Source of the DNA: Raillietiella orientalis
Taxonomy: Eukaryota
Direction: 5' to 3'
Assembly: GCA_036172245.1 (NCBI GenBank)
Contig: JAYWIR010000045.1
Location: 806,001 to 870,000 of the forward strand
DNA length: 64,000 bases
This document shows positions 13,101 through 24,633 of this stretch, piece by piece; position 1 is the first letter of the stretch, and each line of letters begins with the position of its first letter. The position numbers and the translations under genes are program-made. The notes under the pieces are model-generated. The model made no database searches and was not told the origin of the DNA. It saw nothing but the letters and a program-made list of their open reading frames with translations.

Positions 13101-16100
13101 CATCGAAGACCACGAGGTGAAATCGTAGGAGCCGAGTTTCTCCTGAAAGGCCGCTTCCCGGGCCCGCGGGAATGTGCGCCACGGAGCCCTCTTCTTCAAG
13201 CACGATCCCCTTCCCTATTCCCTTTCTTCCCCTTTGCCTTCATTCCCTGGAGTCAAGATGAAGTAGCAGGAGGCAAAGAACCCTAGGAGCAGGAAGCTAA
13301 GGGGTGAGGGGTCTCGGTGGATGGGTCTGAAGAGCGCTTCCTGGGCGGGCAGATTCCTCCATTCACCAGGAGGATCTCTCCCAAAGTCGCTCCCGGCGGG
13401 ATCCCTTCTCTCCCTCAGGCGGAGGTTCGGGACCGGTCCCGGGCACGAACATGGTCTCTCCTCTTCCTCTTTTTTCATTGCCCAGTCTCTCTCCCTCCGC
13501 TCTCGCCCACCATCCGTAGAGCAAGCAGGGATGCCTTCCATTCCCCCCTTCCTGCTTGAGGAAGTGAGGAGCCATCTCCTTCTCCTCCTCCTCTCCCTCC
13601 GCCCCCGCTGAAGCGCGAACGAACCGGAAGCTGCCCATCTCCTCTTTGCCGGTGGCCTCCGTCACATCTCACACGCGAGAAGCTTTCGTAGAAGGGAGTG
13701 AAGGGAGGGGAGAGAGAAGAGTCCGCTCAATCCAAAAACTCCCGCAGGCACGAGGAACGCCTGGAGCCAGAGAGGGAGCTTCCGAGAAGGGGGGTCAAGT
13801 GAGTCTGAACCGCTGGCGGCAACCCGACCTGTCGCGGCGGCGGGACGCGGCGAGGGTCTCACGTCAAACGGGGTGGGAATGGAGCTGTAGGGAGGGGAAA
13901 AGGGGAGGGAGAGAAAAGCAGCCTTCCCACGCAAAGGACGGCACGCGCAAAGATGCTGCGCCGGGCGCGGAGGAACCGGGAGGAATGCGCATCGCATCGG
14001 CGCGTGCTCCCTCTGCCTCCGTACCGAGCTTCCCTGGAAAGGCGTGCCAAAATTACACGTGAGGAGCCAACCTCCCTATCTGGGATGCGCGGCCACAGTA
14101 GCCGCTGCATCTCGTGAGGGGCGGCACACACCACGCAGCATAAGGTACGGTACGGTGCAACGTACGGTAAGATACGAAGCCGCAGGTGTGAGGAAACTGG
14201 AGCGGCAGGGAAAGACCGGGAGGACTCCTGGATGCTGGGTAAGGAGAGGAGAAACGAAGGAACGGAGGGACGGCGAGCATCCTGTTCTCCTTGGAGGGGA
14301 GACCGTGAAGGAGGGCGGAGGGGAGTCACCGCAGAGAATGACTCCTCCGCTGCTCCTCAAAAGGAAGGATCCAGGAGACTCTTTTTCGAAAGTAGGGCCT
14401 CCCGCAGTCTAGGAATCCCCCCTCCGGCAGTAGGGCTCCTCGAAAGACACAGGAAGGAGTACTGCCGTGTTCCCTCCTCTCCCTCAGTTCCGTCTCGCGC
14501 GTTTTTGCTGGAGAGAGCGAGTCCCGAGTGCCTCTTCCGACCAATGAGCACCTACGCTAGGCCCATGACGTCACCGGAAGTCGAAGTCGTCCCAGCTCCA
14601 GAAAGGCGGTGGGGAGGGGGTGGGAATGCAGAGGGGAGTCCCTGACCGACACGAAAACGGGGACTTTCGCGAGTTTCCGCTCCTCTCTGGATTCTGTTTT
14701 CATTGTCCTGGACAGGGAAACAACGTATGGGCCTCTCCCGGGAAAGAAAACTTCCTCTGGGAAGGCGTGGTATCTGAGGGAGAAAAAAACGGGAGATGGA
14801 ATTTCGTCCTTGCACGTTCCTGATCGCCCTGCGGATGGAGTGTGGGGTGGGAGCGGAGAAGCAGACGGGGCGATGAAGAAAGGGGGGGAGAGGTGGTCGA
14901 CGAGAGCGAGAGGTCAAGTTTGCTGTTATCCCTGGAAAGAGGCAGGTTTCGGAGGAAAAGGGGAAAGAAGGAACCCACCGGAGTCCACCTGGAAGAAACC
15001 AGAATCCGGGGCACTCCTACGTCGCTCGAGGTCCTGGTGACTATGGCGGCTCCTGGTTGAAGTACAGCTAGAGGATTCCCCCGGAAGAGGAGGAGGGAGA
15101 AGAGGACGCTGCCACCCTTGACGCTGCTCCGCGGCCGCCCCCCTTTGCTCATGGGGAGACGAGGGTCTTCTGGCGCTGGACTCGTCCAGGGCGAAGAGGG
15201 AGGAGGAGGAGGAGGCAGCGCAGAGGACTCTTTCTCGGCAGAATGAGGTAGCCAGAGGCGGTCGACGGTCATTGGTGCGCCAGAGGAGGAGGTCGGCGGC
15301 ACCGTCTTCACTCGGAGAGCGCAGGGATGACCGGGAGCCACACGCGGACCCAAGTAGAGGGAGGGCAGAGAGTGCGCGGAATCCGCCGCGGAGCCGTTTC
15401 GAAGATCAATAAAGGGTCTTCAAGATGACGACCACATGACTTGGTTACTGCTGCGGCTGCTAATGCCTTGAAGAGCTAACGACCGCACTCTCGCATCCCG
15501 GAATAGGGAACGACAGAGTGGGAAGCCGGGGATGGGAAGAGGCTGCTCTCTCGTGGGTGCGCTCCTTGGCTGGACAGGGCTGGCGCGTTCGTGCTGCGAC
15601 CCAGCCAGAGCCGGCAACTGAGTCAGAGCACGCACGAGGCGGGATCGCTCGGGGGAAGGATGTCCTTCCCCTCCCTCCCCCCTTTCTAGCTCAATCCTTC
15701 GCGGGGAGGAGGGAGCGAAGAAGAAGTGGGGGAGCAAGACCACCCCTTCGACCGGGATGGACGGAGGCGCCGCCGGGGAGTCGGCTCAGAAGGATGCCGA
15801 CGGTCCAGGAACGCCGACAAGACCTCCGTGAGAAAGGACGGGGGGCCGAGGCAGTGGTGGGAGGTCCGGACTCTTCCCAGGGAAGCAGGGGGGATCATCA
15901 AAGGGGTCCTTGAGGGAGAGAGTGACTCCATTCTGGGGAGAACCTTCGAGCGGGTCTTCCTATCGCAGAGGGACATGCAGGGAAGGTCCTCTCCGCAGAC
16001 AAGGGTGGGAGGAGAGGGACCAGAGAACCTGGTGAGGGGGGAATGAACCGCCTGCACAGGAGAAACACACGAGGGTCTTCGGCAGACCCCTGGGCTCACC

Positions 16101-19024
16101 TCAAGGAGGAACTCCTTGTAAAGGAGAGGGAAGGGAACAAGGGCAGAGAACTTGGCCAGGGGGTCATGAGGGGCGAAACGGTCAGCTGCTAGCAACCTGT
16201 GAGCGGTGCTCCGAAAGGTGGCCCTGGAAACGCCCTTCCCCGCGCCGATGAGCTTCCGGCCGAACACCACGCGGATGACGGCAAGGAGCAAATGACCTGT
16301 CCCCCTCTCGCCCGCCTGCTGGGAGGCGTCTGGTCTCCCGGAGTACCTCCGCTTACCCTTTCCAGAGGTTCCCTTCCGTGACGGGGTACGCCCGACGGGC
16401 ATTATTTTATCCTCAACCCCATCTCACCCCTTCTCGCCGTAGAACACAGCGAATTCAGAAGTTCTCCTGGGGGGTGAGAGGAGACGCCTCTCCCGCCCCT
16501 GTTCGCCCAGGAGGAATATGCGGATCTGCCCAGAGGGTCCGGGACGCCCGCCTCCATCCGTTGACGGGGATGCGGCAGGTCCCTATATCTCGGGACCCGC
16601 TCTGGAAGGCTCGAGGACCCCCACGCCGCGACCTTGAACCACTCCCTCCGGGAGCCTCAAATCCTTCTATGGAATCCGCGAGGGAACAACCGGCGGCAAG
16701 CTGTGGGACGGTGGGAAGCCTCACTGACACTTTCGGGCAGACGGATCCGGACGCTTCCAAGAGAGGACCTCGGTGCCCAACCACCATCTTGGTTCTCTCC
16801 TCATCACCCAGGAAGGTCGCCGGGACTACCACCGGGAGTCCCTACTTCGCTGGGAAGGGCAAGCTCCGTGTCGACATCCCCGCAGGCGAGGGAAGGGAGA
16901 GGGGAAGCAGCAAACTCGCCCTCGCGAACGGTCGGGGGTCAAGGTTTAGCAGGAAGGGGTCGCAAGAGACTGAGGAGCAGCCCGCGCGATCGAGATGTCT
17001 CCATCGCAAGCCGACCGATCCGGGAACCACGCAGAACCCAGGAGACTCCCTCGGCGTTCTCCTGCTGAAAGGCGCCCGTTCCACCCCTGGGGACGAGGGT
17101 CAGCGTTTTCCGTACCCGCTCCGGAAGAAGTCGAAGAGGACAGAGAAGAGGGGAAGCCCTTCTGGGATTTTCTCTGCACCTCCCGGAATCGTAGTTGGGA
17201 CGAACATGTCCTCCGGGCTGGCAGGACAAGCAAGGGCACGCGAGGCTGCAGCACCTCCCGAAGTCGAGGAGGACCCTGAGGGAACCGCTCCTCCCTCCTT
17301 CAGCTGTCGCTGCTTCGGGAGCTCCTCTGGAACAGCGCGTGGGGTGTCGGAGAGGCTGAGGCCGTCTACAGGGAGACCGAGCCGTCTCTTCCCTTCCTCC
17401 ACGAGGTCACGCTGGTCCAGCAGGCAAACCTGGTGACCAGGGAGGGATCCTCGCTTTTCTTCTACTCCCTCTAGCCTTATTCCCTCTTTTCCGAGGAAGA
17501 GAACTCTGTCCCCGCGAGTCGTTCCGGGAAGAGGGGCTCCCGCGTCGGCAGGATCTCGGAAATCGATTCCCGGCAATTGATTTCGAGTCCCGAGACCGGA
17601 GAGGCGGGTAATCCCCAACTCCATCTCGTTCCTTCCCCCTCCCCTCTCCTCCGCCCTCTCCTCCTCTTCCCTAAGCCGATTACGAGACGGGAAGCGGTTG
17701 AAAGGTCCCTCTCGCTGACCCCTTGGCGGGAATCGCTCCATGGCGGGACGGGACCAGGCCCCGCCCCCGAAAAGGGGAGCGGCCTTTCGCTGCCACGGGA
17801 TCGAGTCTCGGTTCCCGGTCGCCGCTGCGGAAGACCCCCCCATGAGGCGGCGCTAGTCTCACGCGTCCCCCGTGGTAACCCTTCCCCCTTCGGCTCACGG
17901 TGCGCTCCAGGAATGAGTCAAGTCGAACCCTGCTGTCTGGTGGAGGAGCTGCAGGAGGAAGGGGGGGAGGGACGGAGGGAAGCGCGCAGGGTCCTGCGAC
18001 GAACAGGGGGCGCAGTCCGTTGGTGCGCCACCGTGTCCCCCGGGCAAAGAGGAGACCTTCCCCGCGTCTTCTCTCGGGGGGGCACGCACGCGATTCCTCT
18101 CCCGCGAGTCTCGTCATCGGACGATCCCGGACTGGGGCAGCGCCGCGGATCCCCTCCCTTTCCTGTCAGCTCTCCCCCCTTGCCTGCTCTTCCTTGCATC
18201 CCCGAAGCAGCCCCTATCTTCATTTCTCCCCGGTCCCTCTTTATCAAGGAGGAGGAGGGAGGGAGTCCTGGCAAGCGATCCTGGACGGGCTCCTTGCGGC
18301 TCCAGCGGTTGAGCGTCTCGCGGAGGTTTTCGCCCCCGGCCATGCGAGAACTCGGCTGCGCAAGGTCCAGCAGGAGATAGAAAGGACCTATCTCCTCCTC
18401 CTTCCAGTCGCCGCCGACCGCTTCCGTGTCGGTCTCTTCAAGGGAAGCGCACGCCGTCCCGGGAGGACGCAGGGAAGCCTCCCCGTCCGGGACAGGCAGC
18501 GGGGCGCGCGCGCACAAAGGCGGGAGCCGCCGGCTTCCAGGGGGAACGGCCGGTCCCGAGGCGGCTCCCGAGATCCCCGGCGCGCATCCTTCCTTCCCTC
18601 TCTGGGAGCGGCAGGTGAGGGTAAGAAAGGAGGATTCCCGGAGCGGGACCGGGAGGAGGGCTCCTGGATGAAAGGGCGCCGGGAGGCTCCCTACGAGGGG
18701 AGAGGCGGAGAGTTTCTGGGCTCCTCGCCGCCACCTTTGTCGCGCACTGCGGGCGTCCCTGGTCCTCCCTCAAAACCGCCGGCTCCCGACCCCGCGGCGT
18801 GCGGTCGGGACACGGCACCATGCCGAGCCGTTGTCAGGAGGCGGCGGGACGACGGGGAAGCGCCCGCCTCCTTCGCCTTTTCCCCGCAGGACCGACCGAC
18901 CTACGCCCACCTTCGTTTACCCTCTCCCCCCCCCCCCGTGACCCAGGATCTCCAGGGATATGTCCAAAGGGGCGCCTCGAGCTGCGGGATCCCTGAGCAC
19001 CAGCTGTTCTGGGTCGGGGTGTAT

Positions 19025-19230
19025 CCAGGGCTATTTATAGAAGGGACGTGTGTCATTTATGGAAACGTACCGCTGCTTATAGGGGGGGTCGCTGACTGTT
19101 TGCAGGGACCATGGGGATCATTTATGGGTCGAGGTGCTTGCGGCTATTTGCAGAGAGTGGGGAGCCTGTGGAAGGGAGGAGCTGTTTGTGGAAACTTGCT
19201 GTGGAAATGGGGGCTATTTATAGAAACGTC
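19025..19230. repeat. Degenerate ~20-nt minisatellite (GGCTATTTATRGAAAC-like)
   Basis: Units include gggctatttatagaagg, gtcatttatggaaacg, gctgcttatagggg, gactgtttgcaggga, atcatttatgggtc, ggctatttgcagaga, gctgtttgtggaaac, gggctatttatagaaacg. Confidence 0.65.
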
Positions 19231-22200
19231 CGGCGCTCAGGTTTCCTCACCCTTAAGGGTGCCTTTTCATGGAGCCGATATCCATTTTCGGGCTCACTGA
19301 TTCGACAGGGGGAGCCTCAGGGGAGGCCTCTCTGCTTGGAAAAGGAGAAGTCCTGGCGCCGCGAGAGGCCGCTCCCGGAAGCGGCTGGCTCGGGATGCCC
19401 CGGGACAAAACCACGCCGCCGCCCCCAGCTGCGCGGAGCCGTCCGGCCTCCTAATCGCTTGCGCAGGCGGGACTCCTCTGCCGCCGCCACCCCCTCCCCC
19501 CTCCCTTTCTCCCGCCGACCCTTGTTCGCCCTCGCAAGCGGTGGGGAAGGGGGCTGGGGTCGGCGGGGAGGAATGTTCCCCAGAGGGGAGTTCTGAGGGA
19601 CCGCCGGTGAGCATGGGAGCGGGACCGCGGGAGGGGTCGGCGCCGCCGCATGATGCAACGGAGTGGAGTCCCGGAGGATCCCGAAGAGGATCAAAAAAAG
19701 GAAAAAAAGGAAGAAAAAAAAAAACAAAGGCGAAAAAAAAAAGAGCAAGGGAAGGAGGGGGGAGAAAAGAGGGACGAGAGCCTGAATCTGCTAGCGGCCT
19801 CCCTCCATTCCCGCCATCGTGCACGTGCGTTCCGCATTCCCCCCGGCGCGCGCGTCTCCGGGAAAGGGAGGAGGATGGAGGGGAGGGAGAGAGAAAGAGA
19901 GGGAGCGCGCAGCTGACTTCTTCCCGCTCGGCAGCGCATGGAAAAAAATCATCGCCCGCGCTGGACCGCCGCCCTTGGCAACGCGGGCGAGCGGGGCTGC
20001 AGCGGAGCCGCCCGTGCCTGCAGCGGCGGCGGCGGCGCCTCCCCGCCGCGGATCGCTATCGAACGCCTTCGGCCCGCAGCGGGAGAGGAGAGAAGGGAGG
20101 AGGGAGAGGTGAGTGGGAGGGGAGGGGAAGGGGAGGGGAAGGGGAGGGAAGGGGGGGAAGAGCGAAAGGCTCCTTCCGCGCGCGATTTTTAATTGCTTTC
20201 TGGAGTGTTCGCTCTCCCGCGCGCCTCCCCCCGCCCCCAGTTAATCCCCCCAGAATCGAGAGCGAGGCGATGGCCTGATGGCGGCAGCGGCGGCGTCCGG
20301 TTCGGGACCGTTTCCCCTGGCAACGATCCCCGATCGACTCGGTCGGGCGCCTTTTGCGACGAGGCGGCGGCGTTCGTGACGCAGCGGGACCGCTTCCCGT
20401 GGAGGAGCAAACGGAGAGGGGGTAGGAAAAACAAGAGACGGACGCCCCCCCGCGGAGGGCGTCCTCCCCTTCGAAACGAGAGGGAACGGACCGCACGCGT
20501 GGCGTGCGAGGGGGGAGGGGGGGCGCACACGGAGGGGAAGGGGGTGGGAAACGCCGCGCCCCCCGTTCCTCTGCGAGAGCGCGGCGCGCGACTGGGTGTC
20601 GCTGCTCCCAGGCGAAGGGGCGGGGGTGAGGGGGGGGGGGGAAGGGAGGAGATGCGTAAAGAAGACGGAGGGTGAAGGGAACGAGAGGGGAAGCCGATCC
20701 ACCCCTCTTTTTCAGTGGAGGAAGGAGCATCGGCGGATGGGGTGCGAGCCGGAGGGAACCTGCGTCATCTGTGGCGAGTCACCCCCTCCTTCCTCTCCCC
20801 GGATGAGAAGGAAGGGTGATGAAAGCCCTCATCTCATCCATGAGGCCGCCTTCCAGAAGCCGCGGGAGCCGAGGAAGTTTCCACGGAAACCGGAGAGACA
20901 TCCTCCTCTCGACGACCGCGGCTCAGGGGGTCCGAACGGAGGAAGGGGAGAGAAGCAGAAAAGAGGGAGAGGAAGGGAGGGAGGAAGGGTTCAGAGAGTC
21001 GACGATCGCGGCGTTCTTCCTCCCGAAGAGCGAGGAAGAGAAAGAAGGTCGGCCGTCCCGCAGGGCGCCGACGGGGACCGGGAAGAGGAAACTGGCAGGG
21101 GGACCGAAAGGTGGCGGCGCCCATTACCCTAACGTTCTCCCTCCTTCCCTCCCCCGAGGGGCATCAGGAAGGGTATCGGGGGGTGGAGGGCGGCGGGAGA
21201 AGAGGACCTTTGGGGGGATGCAGGCGAGCGCCACCCGGTGGGGTGGGGAGCGGCGAGCACTTCTTTGGAGGCTCCCATGCCCCTTTGGCCCTTCTCACCT
21301 GGACGCGGCAGCGGGGTCCTTAGCTCGCGTCCGGGAGGAATCTTCCTCGGCAACGGCCCTACGAGCCGGAGCGGATCCCAGACGGAAGGGGAGGACATCG
21401 GGGCACCGCATTCCAGGATCTCGGAAGGAGCGGCGATCCTCTTGGGAAGCCTCCGCCTTCTCCGATGAAGGGAGGGAAGCGAATTCCCGGAGCGCAGCGG
21501 GCTGGTCCAACCTGGCACTCGGTCGTGGCGCGGGAGCGCCCATCCTCGAAGTCCTCCCCGGGCTGTTTTTGGGAGACCCCCCTCTGAGGTGGCTCGAACA
21601 CCGGGCCGCCCTTCAGGTCCTGAACGTCAGGCGGAGGCCGCGCCCCACAGACGTGGGCGCCTTCCGCGGCATGCGCCGTGACCTAAGTCACGGCAGTAAG
21701 AGGGGTGCCGGCGGTCCCGGAACCCTGGAAGGGACCGGGTGGGGTTGACGGGAATCCCGACCTCCCGTCCTCTCTGTGGAGTGGCGAGGAGTCGGTGGGA
21801 GCGGCTCCTCTGCTGGAGCGCCCTCAGAGCGGGTGCCGCTAGGCAGGCAACTGCCGTCGCCCCGGAGACGGCTGGCCGCCTGCGTGCCGGAGCGAGCGCA
21901 GACCCCTGACCCCGGGAGGTACCTGCCCCCCCTCTTCCTCCCGGGAGACGCTTCCTTGGATTCCAGAGGGAGGGCATCTCAACGGGACAGTGGGAGAGGG
22001 ACTTCTCGCCTTGCTTTTCAACTGGAAGGCGGAATACCGGAAACCGGAATGCCCGGAGGTGGATTTGCCCCCGGGCATTCCTCCCGGTCCCGGCCGGAGG
22101 AGAGTCCTGAAGAGAGAGGCCGGTCTCGCTCGCGCTCCAGCGGGAGGGGACCAAGAACCGCGTGATAACCACGGCGACCAGATCGGGGAGACGTCAGTGC

Positions 22201-23355
22201 CCGGGCACGCCCCATTCTCACGGGTGACTTCCGCTCGTTTCCGGGAGAGAACGGGATGGGGGTGGCGGGCCCAGGGAGGAGGAGGGAGAGGGAGGTGGAG
22301 GTGGGCAAAAGTCTAGCCTCTGCGAGCCGGGAGATGAGGGGTGAGGGTGAGGAGCTCCGGGCAGACGAACCCTCCGGGCTCCCGAATTCCCTCGCCCCCG
22401 GTGAGCGATCAGCCAAAATGAAAGGTTTACCCGTTTCCAGGACACCGCTCCTTCCGGACGGGCGCAAGGCGATCCCGGGGCGGGCTGACTGCCGTTGTTC
22501 CCGGGCACAGGGCTGAGGCGGAGGAGTTGCAACCCCTGATGGGTGTCGGAGCGGCAGCTGCCCGAGGCGGAGAGGGTGGGCGAAGAGGGGGAAAAGGGGG
22601 GAACCTCCGCTGGGGTCCTCCTTTCCTCCACGTGGGCTTCCACACTAGCTCTTTCCAGATTCTCCATTCCCATTCCGCATAGGGGGCAGGAAGAAAAGCA
22701 GAAGGAAAAAGCGGGGATGGGGAGGAGAGGAGGGAGGAAGGTTAAAATGTCTATAAAACATAAATAAATAATTAAAAAGTAAATGAATGAGTGAAAAAAT
22801 ACATAAAGGAAGCAAGAGAAACCCGTCAATTCGAGCGCAGCGGCGCAGGAGCGGCGGCGAGCGAGCGGGCGGGCGCGTGCAGCCGACGGGGGAGGGAGGG
22901 AGGGAGGAACCGCTGGGGGAACGAAAGGGGGGAAGAGGGAGAGGGGGAAGGAGCGATCGCACCCCTTTCCGTGGGAGCGGCACGCAGATGCCGGCGTGCG
23001 CGCGCGGGCGCGGAAGCGAACAATGGGCCCCGCACGGAACACCAATGAGAGTCAGCCGAGCGGAAAGAAATCGTGGAGGCCCCGCCCCCTCGCGGTCCGC
23101 CGCTTCCCCACTCTGCCACTCCGCGGCTGCCGGAGGCTGGCGGATGCGAGCGATGGCGCGCGCGCACGAGGGAGCAGCAGACGCCTCCGCTCCTTCCTCA
23201 CTGCGCGCCATCGCGAGATCCCTCCTCGAAGAGCGAGCGAGCCCGCTGCTCCCCCTCTCTCTTCCCTTCCTTCCTTCATTTCTGATGAATTTTCCTAATG
23301 GGAGAAGGGGGAGGGGGAGAGAAGGGAGGGGGGACTGACGCGCGCGCGAGCGTCA

Positions 23356-23530
23356 GCATTCGGACAGCAGCATCCTATGCGTTTTCCTTCTTTTTCTGGA
23401 AGGTTTCTCCCAAGAAAGTGAAGGAAGGGAAGCGAACGTGTATTGCGAGGCAACGGAAGTTGACGGGAAGGAAAAAAGGAAGGGATGGAGGTGGAGTCGA
23501 GAAAGGGGAAGGGGGTGATCAGGGAGGAGA
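23356..23530 (+). repeat. Direct repeat copy 1 (~175 bp)
   Basis: 23361-23466 vs 24465-24570 differ at 5 of 106 positions; similarity continues to ...GGGGTGATCAGGGA. Confidence 0.92.
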
Positions 23531-24459
23531 AGGGAGGGTATTCTCGGCGTCGTCGCCCTCGCAGCGGCAGTGGCGGTAGCGATCAGGGGGACGGCGGCCG
23601 GCCGGCTGTGACTGCCGCGAGAGGGCGGGGAGAGGACAGAGGGAGAGAGAGAGAGACGCGAGGGGAGGGCGGAGCGTGCTCGACGGACTGCGGCGCCGCG
23701 ATTGGCCGGGCGCGCGAACGGCGTACCTCCCTCCTCGGCGCGGAGGAGCCGCTGCGAGCCTCGCCGCGGACGCGAGAAACTTTCGTGCGGCCATACAAAA
23801 AAACGGACCGACTCCGCGAGCGGCGGACTCAGCTGCCGGGATCGGGCTGCTCCCCATTAGGGCTGACGTGGGCGCTCTGCTTGGTTGCACATCGGCAGGC
23901 GGGAAGCGCTGCGCCGAACCAGGAAAGCCGAGGCCGACCAGGAACTCCTGGGAACCGTGCGCGGAGAGAGAGCGTCGGCAGTGGCAGCCACGAACGCCGC
24001 CAGGTGGTTTCAAGAGCTCTCGACGCACACCCCGTGCCGCCCCCTCCCTCCCAGTCTCTCTCTCTCTCTCGCGCGCGCGCGATCTCTCTCCTTCTCCCAA
24101 GTGAGACCACTCTCCCACGGACACTCCTGAGCCCACTCTTCCTCCCCCACCCCCCACCGTAGGATGTGGAGAAGGCGCGTTGGGGGTCGCGCAGGCCGTC
24201 GAGCCTTCCGGCTTTCGGAGGTAAGCAGGTGGGAGAGGGAGGGGGAGGGCGGAGGTGGGAAGGGGATGCGACCTCCCTCCCTCCCTCCACTTTCTGAAGG
24301 GGGCGTCGAGAGGGATGGAGGGGGAGGGGGAAAGGAGACGCTTCCACGGCGCTTCGCCTCTCCAGGGAGCTGCCCATGGATCGCCAGCGGCCTCTCCTAC
24401 CCCCCTCCCTTCATCTCCCTTTACTCCAACCAGGAAGCGGTGGCGGCGCCCGTAGAGAG

Positions 24460-24633
24460 GCATTTGGACAGCAGCATCCTACGCGTTTTCCTTCTTTTTC
24501 TGGAAGGTTTCTCCCAAGAAAGTGAAGGAAGGGAAGCGAATGTGTGTTGCCAGGCAACGGAAGTTGACGGAGAGGGAAAAAAGGAAGGGATGGAGGTGGA
24601 GTCGAAAGGGGGAAAGGGGTGATCAGGGAAGAG
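24460..24633 (+). repeat. Direct repeat copy 2 (~175 bp)
   Basis: Same alignment as copy 1; offset 1104 nt. Confidence 0.92.

Noticed and set aside
19025..24633. CRISPR-like interpretation of the repeats
   Set aside because: Eukaryotic context, degenerate or only two-copy repeats, no regular unique spacers and no cas genes.
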